A DNA stretch of 64,000 nt from an uncultured Candidatus Rokubacteria bacterium (GTDB lineage Bacteria; Methylomirabilota; Methylomirabilia; Rokubacteriales; CSP1-6): positions 94,349 to 158,348 of the forward strand of contig CAVVEU010000024.1 of the NCBI GenBank assembly GCA_963747235.1, given 5' to 3'. The notes under the pieces are model-generated. The model ran no database searches, was not told where the DNA came from, and saw nothing but the letters and a program-made list of their open reading frames with translations. Positions 22,506 to 34,278 of this stretch are shown here, in pieces; the first letter of the stretch is position 1; each line of letters opens with the position of its first letter. A program made the position numbers and the translations under genes.

Positions 22506-23225
22506 ATGTTCGAGATCGTGCCGGCGGTCGATCTGAAGGCGGGGCGGTGCGTGCGGCTGCTGCAGGGCCGGGCCGACGCCGAGACCGTCTTCTCCGACGA
22601 TCCGGTGGCGATGGCCCGCCGCTGGGAGGACTCGCGCGCGCGGCGCCTGCACGTGGTGGATCTGGACGGGGCCTTCGCGGGCCGGCCGTCCCAGACCGAG
22701 CTCGTCCGCGCCATGATCGCGGCGGTGCGGATCCCGGTGCAGGTGGGCGGCGGGCTGCGCGAGATCGCGCACGTCGAGGCGGTGCTGGAGGCGGGCGCGC
22801 GCTGGGCCATCGTGGGCACGCGCGCCGCGCTCGATCCCGCGTTCCTGGGCCAGGTGTGCGAGCGGTTCGGCGAGCAGGTGATCGTGGGCATCGACGCCTC
22901 CGACGGGCGCGTCGCGGTGGACGGCTGGACGCGCGTGCTGGACCTCGACGCCATCGCCCTGGCGCGCGACGCGGCGGCGGCGGGGGCGGCCGGCATCATC
23001 TATACCGACATCGCGCGCGACGGCACCCAGAACGGCCCCAATCTCTGGAGCACCGAGGCGGTGGCCAAGGCGGCGGGCATCGACGTCTTCGCCTCCGGCG
23101 GGGTCGGCTCGCTCGACGACATCCGGCAGCTCGCGACGGTCCCGGAGCTGGCCGGCGTCATCGTGGGGCGCGCGCTCTACAGCGGCGCGGTGGACCTGGG
23201 CGCCGCGCTGGCCGCGGTCCGGTAG
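22506..23225 (+). CDS. hisA: ProFAR isomerase
   Basis: [54 protein letters not shown]. Confidence 0.96.
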   Translation: MFEIVPAVDLKAGRCVRLLQGRADAETVFSDDPVAMARRWEDSRARRLHVVDLDGAFAGRPSQTELVRAMIAAVRIPVQVGGGLREIAHVEAVLEAGARWAIVGTRAALDPAFLGQVCERFGEQVIVGIDASDGRVAVDGWTRVLDLDAIALARDAAAAGAAGIIYTDIARDGTQNGPNLWSTEAVAKAAGIDVFASGGVGSLDDIRQLATVPELAGVIVGRALYSGAVDLGAALAAVR

Positions 23226-23230
23226 GCGCC

Positions 23231-24030
<800 letters not shown>

Positions 24031-24034
<4 letters not shown>

Positions 24035-24685
24035 GCCCGACCGACGATCTCAAGTGGGACGCGCAGGGGCTGATCCCGGCGGTGGTCCAGGACACCGAGA
24101 CCGGCCAGCTCCTCATGGTCGCCTGGATGAGCCCCGCGTCGCTCGAGGCGACGCGGCGCACGGGCCTCACCCATTTCTGGTCGCGCTCGCGCAACGCGCT
24201 CTGGCGCAAGGGCGAGACGTCGGGGCACACCCAGCACGTGGACGGCCTCTTTGCTGATTGCGACCGGGACACGCTGCTGGTCCAGGTGCACCAGGACGGC
24301 GTGGCGTGCCACACCGGGGCGCGGAGCTGCTTCTTCACGCGCCTCGACGGCGGGGAGGCCGGGCCCGCGTCGGGCGGCGGCGGGCCCCGCGATGCTGGAA
24401 GTCCTCGAGCGGGTGCTCGAGTCGCGGAAGGTGGCGCCGCCCCCCGGCTCCTACGTGGCGACGCTGTTCGAGAAGGGGCAGCCCCAGATCTGCCGGAAGA
24501 TCGGCGAGGAGGCCGCGGAGGTGATGACCGCGGCCCTGGGCGGCGAAGGGGACGAGCGCGTGGTCTCCGAGGTCGCGGACCTGTGGTTTCACACCATGGT
24601 CCTGCTGACCGCCCGCGGCATCCCCCTCCGCCGCGTCTTCCAGGAGCTCGCCCGCCGACACAAGCCGGACAAGAAGGACACGTGA
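24031..24685 (+). CDS. hisIE: Bifunctional PR-AMP cyclohydrolase / PR-ATP pyrophosphatase; +1 frameshift near 24387
   Basis: [36 protein letters not shown], then [24 protein letters not shown]. Confidence 0.9.
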
Positions 24686-25194
24686 CCGGCCACGCCCTCG
24701 CGCGCGCCCTGCTCGCCCTCGTCCTGCTCGCGGGCTGCGCGACGGCGACGGGGCGCATCGAGAACGGGATGTTCTACTCGGCGAAGGGCTATCGCGTGAC
24801 GCTGCCGACCACCGGCTGGCGGGTGGATGCCGGCCAGCGGGCCGACCTCGCCCTGCGCGCGGAGGCGCGGGCGGGCGGCATGGTCGTGGACGCGACCTGC
24901 AGCGGTCGCGAGTCCACGCGCCCGCTCGACGTGCTCGCGCGGCATCTGACCTTCGGCCTCACCCGGCGCGACGTGCTGGAGAACGGCACGTCCACCGTGG
25001 GCGGGCGCGAGGCGGCCCACTCGGTGGTCCGCGGCCTGGCGGACGGGCGGACGGTCACGGTGGAGGCCCTGGTGATGCGCGCGGAGCCGTGCGTGCACGA
25101 TTTCCTCTACGTGGCCCCGAGCGATGCCTTCGACGGCGGGCGGCCCGCGTTCCGGGCCCTGGTCGAGAGCTTCGCGCTGGAGCCGCGCCGGTGA
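24682..25194 (+). CDS. Uncharacterised lipoprotein (possibly Mog1/PsbP-like fold)
   Basis: GTG overlaps the hisIE stop. Lipobox LLAGC; [13 protein letters not shown] and HDFLYVAP...FRALVESF. Two additional Cys. Confidence 0.7.
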   Translation: MTGHALARALLALVLLAGCATATGRIENGMFYSAKGYRVTLPTTGWRVDAGQRADLALRAEARAGGMVVDATCSGRESTRPLDVLARHLTFGLTRRDVLENGTSTVGGREAAHSVVRGLADGRTVTVEALVMRAEPCVHDFLYVAPSDAFDGGRPAFRALVESFALEPRR

Positions 25195-25970
25195 TCGCGA
25201 CGAAGGATCTGCGGTATCACCTGCGGGAGACCGCCCTGTGGTACGGCGGCCTCGGGCTGCTCTCGGTGCGGGTGGCCCGCAACCTGACCCTGCCGCCGTC
25301 CTATTTCTGGCTGGTCGCCCGCGAGATCGACATCATCGGGGTGCGGTCGCTCGTGGTCGCGCTCACCGCCGCGCTCTTCACCGGGATGGTGCTGGCGCTC
25401 CAGACCGCGGTGAACATGGCCCGCTTCGGGGCCGAGAACTACGTGGGCCCGGTGGTGGCGCTCTCCATCCTGCGCGAGCTGGGGCCGGTGCTGACCGCCA
25501 TCCTGGTGGGGGGCAAGGTGGCCTCGGGCATCACCGCGGAGCTCGGGTCCATGAAGGTCACCGAGCAGATCGACGCCCTCCGCGCGCTCGGCGTGAACTA
25601 CATCAAGAAGCTGATCGTCCCCCGGTTCATGGCCGCGGTGCTGGTCTTCCCGCTCGTCACCATCCTCGCGGACGGAATGGGCCTGCTCGGGGGTATGCTG
25701 ATCGCCGTGTTCGACCGCAACGTCGACCCGTATCTGTACTGGAACACCATCGCCTACTGGGTGGTGCTGAAGGACTTCCTGTCCGGGCTCGGCAAGAGCT
25801 TCGTCTTCGGCGGGCTCGTCACCTTGATCGGCTGCTACAACGGCCTGGCCACCGAGGGGGGCACCGAGGGGCTCGGCCGCTCGACCACCGCGACGGTGGT
25901 GCAGGTGGCCATGGGCGTGATCATCTCGGACTTCTTCATCACGCGGCTCTTCCTCTTCATGTACTGGTGA
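25191..25970 (+). CDS. mlaE: MlaE-family ABC permease
   Basis: [62 protein letters not shown]. Confidence 0.93.
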   Translation: MIATKDLRYHLRETALWYGGLGLLSVRVARNLTLPPSYFWLVAREIDIIGVRSLVVALTAALFTGMVLALQTAVNMARFGAENYVGPVVALSILRELGPVLTAILVGGKVASGITAELGSMKVTEQIDALRALGVNYIKKLIVPRFMAAVLVFPLVTILADGMGLLGGMLIAVFDRNVDPYLYWNTIAYWVVLKDFLSGLGKSFVFGGLVTLIGCYNGLATEGGTEGLGRSTTATVVQVAMGVIISDFFITRLFLFMYW

Positions 25971-25980
25971 GCCCCAGCAC

Positions 25981-26757
25981 ATGAGACCGTCGCCCGCGCA
26001 GCCGCTCCCGCCCACTCAGCCGCTTCTTGAAGTCCGGAAGGTCTGGAAGGCGTTCGGGGAGAAACAGGTCCTGCGCGGCGTGAGCTTCGCCCTGCCCAAG
26101 GGGACGATCCTCGCGGTGATGGGCGGCAGCGGCCAGGGCAAGACCGTGCTCCTGCGCATCGCCTCCGGCCTCGCGCGGCCCGACTCGGGCGAGGTCCACG
26201 TGTTCGGCACGCGCACCGACCGGATGAGCGAGGAGGCCATGCTCCCGCTGAGGCGGCGCACCGGCTTCGTGTTCCAGGGCGCGGCCCTCTTCGACTCGCT
26301 CACCGTGTTCGAGAACGTGGCCTTCCCGCTGCGCGAGCACACGCGCCTGTCCCTCGGGGAGATCACGGATCGCGTGCACCACTTCCTCGATCTGGTCGGG
26401 CTGCCCGACACCGACGAGCTGCTGCCCGCCGAGCTGAGCGGCGGCATGCGCAAGCGCGTGGGCATCGCGCGGGCCCTGATCGTGGAGCCGGAGATCGTGT
26501 TCTTCGACGAGCCCACCGCCGGGCTCGACCCCACCAACGCGAAGCTGGTCGCCGAGCTCATCGCCCAGCTCCGCACCGGCGTGTGCGACACCGCGATCGT
26601 GGTGACCCACGACGTGGAGTTCGCCGAGCTGGTGGCCGACCAGATGGCGATCCTGATGCAGGGACAGTTCGCGGACCAGGGCACGCCCTCCGAGATCCAC
26701 CGCTCCGCCAACCCCGACGTGCGCCGGTTCCTCGCCGGCGAGCTCCGGGAGATCTAG
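25981..26757 (+). CDS. mlaF: MlaF-family ABC ATPase
   Basis: GGSGQGKT Walker A, FQGAALFDSLTVFENVAFPLRE, ELSGGMRKRVGIARAL, FDEPTAGLDP, VTHD. Confidence 0.93.
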   Translation: MRPSPAQPLPPTQPLLEVRKVWKAFGEKQVLRGVSFALPKGTILAVMGGSGQGKTVLLRIASGLARPDSGEVHVFGTRTDRMSEEAMLPLRRRTGFVFQGAALFDSLTVFENVAFPLREHTRLSLGEITDRVHHFLDLVGLPDTDELLPAELSGGMRKRVGIARALIVEPEIVFFDEPTAGLDPTNAKLVAELIAQLRTGVCDTAIVVTHDVEFAELVADQMAILMQGQFADQGTPSEIHRSANPDVRRFLAGELREI

Positions 26758-26759
26758 CC

Positions 26760-27929
26760 ATGGCCGACGGGCGCCTCGGGCTGCAGATCCGCATCGGGGC
26801 CTTCATCCTGTCCGGCCTGCTCGTGTTCTTCGCGATCATCTACCTGCTCGGGGCCCAGGGCCGCTACTTCGAGCGCAAGTACGACCTGGTCGCCGAGTTC
26901 GGCGAGGTGGGCGGGCTCATCGAGGGCGCCACCGTGCGCCTGGCCGGCGTGCAGATCGGCCGCGTCACCGCGGTCGAGCTGCCCGAGAAGCCGGGCGGCA
27001 AGGTGCGGGTGACGATCACGATCGCGCGGCGCTTCTCGGAGCGGGTGCGGCGCGATTCGGAAGCCAAGATCTCCACCCAGGGCCTCCTGGGCGACAAGAT
27101 CGTGGAGATCACCATCGGCACCACCGCGGCCCCCGCGCTCAAGCCCGGCGAGGTCCTGGCGACCCAGGACTCGGTGGAGATGCAGCAGATGTTCAAGGCC
27201 GGTGCGGAGACGCTCCAGACCGTGAAGGAGCTCGCCACCAGCCTCAAGACCACCGCGGAGCGGGTGGACCGCATCGCCCGGGAAGTCGAGACGGGCAAGG
27301 GGCTGGTCCACGCGCTGGTCTACGACGAGCCGGAGGCCTTGACCAAGCTCAACGCGATCCTGACCCGCACCCAGTCGCTCCTCGCCCGGGCCGAGCAGGG
27401 CGACCACGCGGTGGGCGTGCTGCTCTCGCCGGACAGCGGCAAGTCGGTCCGCGCGCTGCTCGCCGCGATGGACACGATCGGCCGGACCGCCGAGAAGCTC
27501 GAGTCGCGCGACAACCTGCTGTCCGCGCTGCTCCACGATCCGCAGTACAAGACGATCGCCGACGATCTCCGGGCCGTGGCCCACAATTTCCGCGACGTCT
27601 CGGAGCGGGTGGCCCAGGGCCAGGGGCTGCTGGGCCAGCTGACCCGTGACGGCGGCACCGACGGCGCGCTGGGCTCGCTCGGCGACGCCACCGCCGACTT
27701 CCGCGCCGCGATGGCCAACCTGCGCGCGGTCACCGACCGGCTCAAGCAGGGCGAGGGCACGGTCGGCGCGCTCCTGGAAGACCCGACCGTGTACGAGAAC
27801 CTCGTGCAGTTCCTCGAGGGCTCGCGGCGGAGCTTCCTCCTGCGGACGCTGATCCGCTCGACCATTGATGCTGGCCGCGCCGGCGACTCCGGCGCGGCCG
27901 GCAACGCGGGCGGGAGCGGAGGCCGCTGA
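26760..27929 (+). CDS. mlaD: MCE/MlaD-domain protein with long helical repeat extension
   Basis: N-terminal TM, GGLIEGATVRLAGVQIGRV, ISTQGLLGDKIVEI, then ~250 aa of amphipathic helices. Confidence 0.88.
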   Translation: MADGRLGLQIRIGAFILSGLLVFFAIIYLLGAQGRYFERKYDLVAEFGEVGGLIEGATVRLAGVQIGRVTAVELPEKPGGKVRVTITIARRFSERVRRDSEAKISTQGLLGDKIVEITIGTTAAPALKPGEVLATQDSVEMQQMFKAGAETLQTVKELATSLKTTAERVDRIAREVETGKGLVHALVYDEPEALTKLNAILTRTQSLLARAEQGDHAVGVLLSPDSGKSVRALLAAMDTIGRTAEKLESRDNLLSALLHDPQYKTIADDLRAVAHNFRDVSERVAQGQGLLGQLTRDGGTDGALGSLGDATADFRAAMANLRAVTDRLKQGEGTVGALLEDPTVYENLVQFLEGSRRSFLLRTLIRSTIDAGRAGDSGAAGNAGGSGGR

Positions 27930-29296
27930 TGGCGCGCGAGCGGACGACGTATCGCTGCCAGGAGTGCGGGCTCGCCGCGGCCAAGCCCGGCACCTGCCCC
28001 GACTGCGCGCGGGTGGGGACCTATGTGCAGCTCGTGGAGGAGCGGGTCGCGCCCGCGCGCGGTCTCGCGCGGCCCGGCGTGACCTCGAGCCGGCCCCAGC
28101 CGATCCGCGAGATCTCCGTGGGCGACGGCGGGCACCGGGTCTCGAGCGGCATGGCCGAGCTCGACCGCGTCCTGGGGGGCGGGGTGGTGAACGGGTCGCT
28201 GGTCCTGATCGGCGGGGACCCGGGCATCGGCAAGTCCACCCTCCTGCTCCAGGTCAGCCGGATGCTGGCCGAGCGGGCGGGGCCGGTGCTGTACGTCTCG
28301 GGCGAGGAGTCGGCCGGCCAGGTCAAGCTGCGGGCCGATCGCCTCGGCCCCTCCCCGGCGGGCCTCTACTTCGTGGCCGAGACCGATCTGGTGACGGTCG
28401 AGGCGCACGTGACCGCCATCCAGCCCAGGATCCTGATCGTGGATTCGATCCAGACCGTGTACCTGCCCGGGCTCGAATCGGCCCCCGGCAGCGTGAGCCA
28501 GGTCCGTGAGTGCGGGGCGCGGCTCATGGCCCTGGCCAAGGGGCGGGGGATCGCCACCTTCCTGGTCGGCCACGTGACCAAGGAGGGGGCCATCGCCGGG
28601 CCCCGGGTGCTCGAGCACCTGGTGGACACGGTGCTCTACTTCGAGGGCGAGCAGCACCACTCGTACCGGGTGCTCCGGGGGGTCAAGAACCGGTTCGGGT
28701 CCACCAATGAGATCGGGGTCTTCGAGATGGGGGAGCGGGGCCTGACCGAGGTCCGCAACCCGTCCGGGTTCTTCCTGGCCGAGCGCCCCAAGGACGCGGC
28801 CGGGTCGGTGGTGGTGGCCAGCCTGGAGGGGACCCGCCCCCTCCTGGTCGAGATCCAGGCCCTGGTGACCCCGGCCGGCTTTGGCACCCCGCGTCGTACT
28901 GTTCTTGGCGCCGACTACAATCGCGTATGCTTGCTGCTGGCGGTGCTGGAGAAGCGCGTGGGGTTTCCCCTGCAATCGCAGGACGCCTTCGTCAACGTCG
29001 CCGGTGGCGCGCGGGTGTCCGAGCCCGCCGCCGACCTGGGACTGGTGCTCGCGGCGGCCTCGAGCTATCTCGACCGCCCGCTGCGGGGTGACCTGGTGGT
29101 GGTCGGCGAGGTCGGGCTGGCCGGAGAGGTGCGAGCGGTGACCGGGCTCGAGACACGACTCAAGGAAGCGGCCGCGCTGGGCTTCACCGGGGCCGTGGTG
29201 CCCCAGAGCAGCCTGACGGACCGGGGAAGCTATCCCCTGGACGTGCAGGGCGTGGGGTCGGTGGACGAGGCCGTGAAGGTCCTGCTGGGGCCGTGA
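27929..29296 (+). CDS. radA: DNA repair protein RadA/Sms
   Basis: CQEC..CPDC zinc finger, GGDPGIGKSTLL, KNRFGSTNE, ASLEGTRPLLVEIQAL. Confidence 0.96.
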   Translation: MARERTTYRCQECGLAAAKPGTCPDCARVGTYVQLVEERVAPARGLARPGVTSSRPQPIREISVGDGGHRVSSGMAELDRVLGGGVVNGSLVLIGGDPGIGKSTLLLQVSRMLAERAGPVLYVSGEESAGQVKLRADRLGPSPAGLYFVAETDLVTVEAHVTAIQPRILIVDSIQTVYLPGLESAPGSVSQVRECGARLMALAKGRGIATFLVGHVTKEGAIAGPRVLEHLVDTVLYFEGEQHHSYRVLRGVKNRFGSTNEIGVFEMGERGLTEVRNPSGFFLAERPKDAAGSVVVASLEGTRPLLVEIQALVTPAGFGTPRRTVLGADYNRVCLLLAVLEKRVGFPLQSQDAFVNVAGGARVSEPAADLGLVLAAASSYLDRPLRGDLVVVGEVGLAGEVRAVTGLETRLKEAAALGFTGAVVPQSSLTDRGSYPLDVQGVGSVDEAVKVLLGP

Positions 29297-29303
29297 GGGA
29301 GCG

Positions 29304-30317
29304 ATGCAGATAGGTCTGCTCATCGTCCGGACGCTGGTCCTGATGGCGGCCACCGCCGCCGGCTTCGCGCTGGCGCACGCCCTCAACCTGCACCCTCCGT
29401 ACAACCTCTTCCTTGGCGGCGCCGGCCTGCTGGCCGGCGTGCTCGTCGTCCTGCTCGAGTGGCAGGCCCGGCGCATCCCGGTGGACCGGCTCTTCTGGGG
29501 CGCCACCGGCGCCATGCTGGGGGTCGTGCTCGGCCTGGGCCTGGGCACCGCGGTCGAGGCGGTGGTGCCCGGCGCGGGCGCGCTCGGGCGCGGGCTCTTC
29601 GCGCTGCTGCTGGGCTACCTGGGCGCGATGGTGACGCTGGCCAAGCGCGACGACCTGGAAGACATGTCGGTCAAGCTCTTCCCCAAGACCGCGGTGAGCC
29701 GCCAGGATGGCGACAAGATCCTGGACACCTCGGTGATCATCGACGGGCGCATCGTGGACGTCTGCCAGACCGGGTTCCTGGCCGGTACCCTCCTGGTGCC
29801 CCAGTTCGTGCTGCGAGAATTGCAGCAGATCGCGGACTCGGCCGACGCGCTCCGGCGCAATCGCGGCAAGCGGGGCTTCGACGTGCTCCAGCGGCTGCAG
29901 CGCGTGCCGCGCGTGAGCGTGCGCATCGACGAGGTGGACTTCCCGCAGGTGCGCGAGGTGGATCGCAAGCTGATCGAGCTGGCGCGGGCCACCGGCGGCA
30001 AGATCGTCACCAACGACTACAACCTGAACCGGGTGGCGGAGCTGTCGGGCGTCGCGGTGCTCAACATCAACGAGCTCGCCAACGCGCTCAAGCCGGTGGT
30101 GCTGCCCGGCGAGCCGCTGCACGTGCACATCGTCAAGGAAGGCAAGGAAGCGAACCAGGGCGTGGCCTACCTCGACGACGGCACCATGGTGGTGGTGGAG
30201 CACGGCAAGCGCCTGATCGGCCAGACGGTGGACGTGACCGTGACCACGATCTACCAGACCGCGGCCGGCCGCATGATCTTCGCCCGCCAGCGGGACGAGG
30301 AGAGCGCGCCGCGGTGA
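29304..30317 (+). CDS. Membrane PIN/TRAM-domain protein (YacL family)
   Basis: TM helices, ILDTSVIIDGRI, NRGKRGFDVL, TNDYNLN, KEGKEANQGVAYLDDGTMVVVE; sits between radA and ispD. Confidence 0.9.
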   Translation: MQIGLLIVRTLVLMAATAAGFALAHALNLHPPYNLFLGGAGLLAGVLVVLLEWQARRIPVDRLFWGATGAMLGVVLGLGLGTAVEAVVPGAGALGRGLFALLLGYLGAMVTLAKRDDLEDMSVKLFPKTAVSRQDGDKILDTSVIIDGRIVDVCQTGFLAGTLLVPQFVLRELQQIADSADALRRNRGKRGFDVLQRLQRVPRVSVRIDEVDFPQVREVDRKLIELARATGGKIVTNDYNLNRVAELSGVAVLNINELANALKPVVLPGEPLHVHIVKEGKEANQGVAYLDDGTMVVVEHGKRLIGQTVDVTVTTIYQTAAGRMIFARQRDEESAPR

Positions 30318-31004
30318 CCTACGCCATCGTGCCGGCGGGAGGCCTGGGCACGCGCATGGGCTCCCGCCGGCCCAAGCAATATCTCCGTCTGGGCCGCGTG
30401 CCGATCCTCGTCGCGACGTTGAGAGTATTGACCCGGGCGCGCGGGATCGCGGGCATCGTGGTGGCGGTGCCGGAGGCGCACGTGGCGGAGACGCGCCGGC
30501 TCCTCGCGCGGCTGCGGGTGCCCCGGATCCTCGACGTGGTGGCGGGCGGCGCCGACCGGCAGGAGTCGGTGTGGCGGGCGCTCCAGCGGATCCCGGAGGC
30601 ACGCGGAGCGCGTCCTGGTGCACGACGCGGTCCGCCCCTTCATCGACGCGGCGCTCGTGGCGCGGGTGCTGGCCGCCGCGGCGACGGGCGGCGCGGCCAC
30701 CTGCGGGATCCCGGTGCGGGAGACCGTGAAGCGCGTGAGCGACGGCGGCGCGATCGAGGCCACCATCCCGCGCCAGGGGCTCTGGCTCACCCAGACCCCG
30801 CAGGCCTTTACACGCGCGTTACTCTGGGAGGCCCACGACAAGGCGCGACGGGACGGCTTCGCGGGGACGGACGACGCGGTGCTGGTGGAGCGGCTGGGTG
30901 TGACGGTCGCCATGGTGGCTGGGCTCGGGCAGAATCTCAAGATCACGACGCCGGAGGATCTCCAGACGGCCCGCGCCTGGGCCGCGCCCCGCCGCCGGGG
31001 ATGA
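30314..31004 (+). CDS. ispD: MEP cytidylyltransferase; +1 frameshift near 30600
   Basis: PAGGLGTRMG...PKQY, GGADRQESV, then VHDAVRPF, TQTPQAF, TDDA, NLKITTPEDL. Confidence 0.9.
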
Positions 31005-31482
31005 CGGAGTTCCGGTCCGGGCTGGGCTTCGACCTGCATCCGCTGGTCGAGGGGCGGCCGCTGGTGCTGGGCGGCGTGACGGTGCCCGCCGCGCGCGGGC
31101 TGGGCGGGCACTCCGACGCCGACGTGCTCACGCACGCGGTCTGCGAGGCGCTGCTCGGCTCGCTCGCCCTCGGGGATCTCGGACGGCTGTTCCCGGACAC
31201 CGATCCGCGCTACAAAGGAGCCTCGAGTCTGGGTCTGCTGCGGTCGGTGATGGAGCTGATTGCCACCAAGGGAGCTCGCGTGGTCAACGTCGATGTCACG
31301 GTGATCTGCCAGGCGCCGCGCCTGGCCCCGTTCCTGCCCGAGATGGCGAAGCAGCTCGCCGCGACCATGGGCCTGGGACCCGACCGGGTGAGCGTGAAGG
31401 CCAAGAGCCCGGAGCACCTGGGGCTGCTGGGGCGGGAGGAAGGCATCGCCTCGATGGCGGTGGTCAGCGTGGAGACCGCCTG

Positions 31483-31483
<1 letters not shown>
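31001..31483 (+). CDS. ispF: MEcPP synthase
   Basis: GLGFDLHPL, GHSDADVLTHA, GDLGRLFPD, SVKAKSPE..G..GREEGIA. Confidence 0.95.
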
Positions 31484-32906
<1,423 letters not shown>

Positions 32907-32910
<4 letters not shown>

Positions 32911-33740
32911 CGCGCGAGCCGCGCGAGCCGCGTGAGATGCCCGAGCCGCCCCCGCGGCAGGGTCTTCCGGAAGACGGCGCGCCGCTCTTCGGGCGCAACC
33001 CGGTGCTCGAGCTGCTCCGGACCGGGAGCCGCCGGGTCGAGGAGATCGCGATCCTGTCGGAGGGCCGCGGGCCCGCGCTGCACGAGCTGCTGGGGCTGGC
33101 CAAGCGCCAGGGCGTCAAGATCTCGTACCGCACCCGCGATCAGCTCACCGCCATGGCGGGGGACATCCACCACCAGGGGGTGGTGGCCCGGGTCGCGGGC
33201 GCGAGCTACGCGGCGCTCGGCGATCTGCTCGAGATCCCGGCCGAGCGGGGGGAGCCGGCCTTCTTCCTTGCCCTGGACCAGGTGCAGGACCCGCGGAACC
33301 TGGGGGCGGTGCTCCGGACCGCCGAGGCCACCGGCGCCCACGGGGTCATCGTGCCCAAGCACCACGCCGCGGGCCTGACGGGCGCCGCCGCGAAATCGGC
33401 CATGGGCGCCGCGGAGCTGATCCCGGTAGCGCGGGAGACGAACCTGGTCCACGCGCTAGAAATACTCAAGAAAGAAGGCGTGTGGACGGTCGGAGCGGTG
33501 CCGGCCGGCGGCAAGCTGCCGTGGGAGCTGGACATGACCGGCCCCGTGTGCCTGGTGCTGGGCGGGGAGGGGGAGGGGCTCCGGCCCCTCGTGGCCAAGA
33601 GCTGCGACTTCCTGGTGAGTCTGCCGATGCGAGGCCGGCTCGAATCGCTGAACGTTTCGGCCGCGGCAGCGGTCCTGTGCTACGAGGTCCTCCGCCAGCG
33701 GGGCGGGAACAAAGGACTTGACAGAAAACCCTTGACTTGA
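32907..33740 (+). CDS. rlmB: 23S rRNA (G2251-2'-O)-methyltransferase, SPOUT family
   Basis: LFGRNPV, HQGVVA, LDQVQDPRNLGAVLRTA, LGGEGEGLR, SLNVSAAAAVLCYE. Confidence 0.92.
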
Positions 33741-33760
33741 TGGGGGCCCAAACCTAAAGT
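33732..33760 (+). promoter_or_regulatory. Sigma70-type promoter of the tRNA-tuf operon
   Basis: TTGACT, 17 bp, TAAAGT; the tRNA starts 15 nt downstream. Confidence 0.65.
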
Positions 33761-33774
33761 GAGGGTTTGCGACT

Positions 33775-33850
33775 GCTGGCGTAGCTCAGGTGGTAGAGCA
33801 ACTGCCTTGTAAGCAGTGGGTCGGGGGTTCGAATCCTCCCGCCAGCGCCA
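33775..33850 (+). tRNA. tRNA-Thr(TGT)
   Basis: 76-nt cloverleaf; anticodon stem ACTGC/GCAGT around CT-TGT-AA; TTCGAATC T-loop; encoded CCA. Confidence 0.96.
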
Positions 33851-33884
33851 GCATTATCAAGGGGTTACAATCAGGCGTGCACGC

Positions 33885-33970
33885 GGGGAGATACCCAAGT
33901 GGCCAAAGGGGGCAGACTGTAAATCTGCTGGCGAACGCCTTCGGAGGTTCAAATCCTCCTCTCCCCACCA
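33885..33970 (+). tRNA. tRNA-Tyr(GTA)
   Basis: 86 nt with long variable arm; GCAGA-CT-GTA-AA-TCTGC; encoded CCA. Confidence 0.96.
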
Positions 33971-33971
33971 C

Positions 33972-34009
33972 CACTTGTGAAACTGGCACTTGTGAAACTG
34001 GCACTTGCG
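33972..34009 (+). repeat. 15-bp tandem direct repeat in the tRNA spacer (2.5 units)
   Basis: CACTTGTGAAACTGG x2, then CACTTGCG. Confidence 0.85.
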
Positions 34010-34045
34010 TAGTTGGAATTGCTATCGAGCGCGGCAGGACCACGG

Positions 34046-34120
34046 GCGGGAATAGCTCAGCGGTAGAGCGCCAGCCTTCCAAGCTGGGGGTCGCGGGTTC
34101 GAATCCCGTTTCCCGCTCCA
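34046..34120 (+). tRNA. tRNA-Gly(TCC)
   Basis: GCGGGAA/TTCCCGC acceptor stem; CCAGC-CT-TCC-AA-GCTGG; CCA. Confidence 0.96.
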
Positions 34121-34164
34121 CCCGTGTCCCTGGCATCGCGCAGTGGATGAGGCTCGACATTCAG

Positions 34165-34240
34165 GCCCATGTAGCTCAGTTGGCAGAGCGCGTCCTTGGT
34201 AAGGACGAGGTCTCCGGTTCAAGCCCGGACATGGGCTCCA
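34165..34240 (+). tRNA. tRNA-Thr(GGT)
   Basis: GCCCATG/CATGGGC acceptor stem; CGTCC-TT-GGT-AA-GGACG; CCA. Confidence 0.96.
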
Positions 34241-34278
34241 TCAACAGCGACCGGTAGGGTTACGAGGAGGTCCCCCGG

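Noticed and set aside
32913-32948. 9-bp tandem repeats (CGCGAGCCG) at the rlmB 5' end
   Set aside because: A short slippage repeat encoding a REPREP linker, unrelated to the dispersed element.
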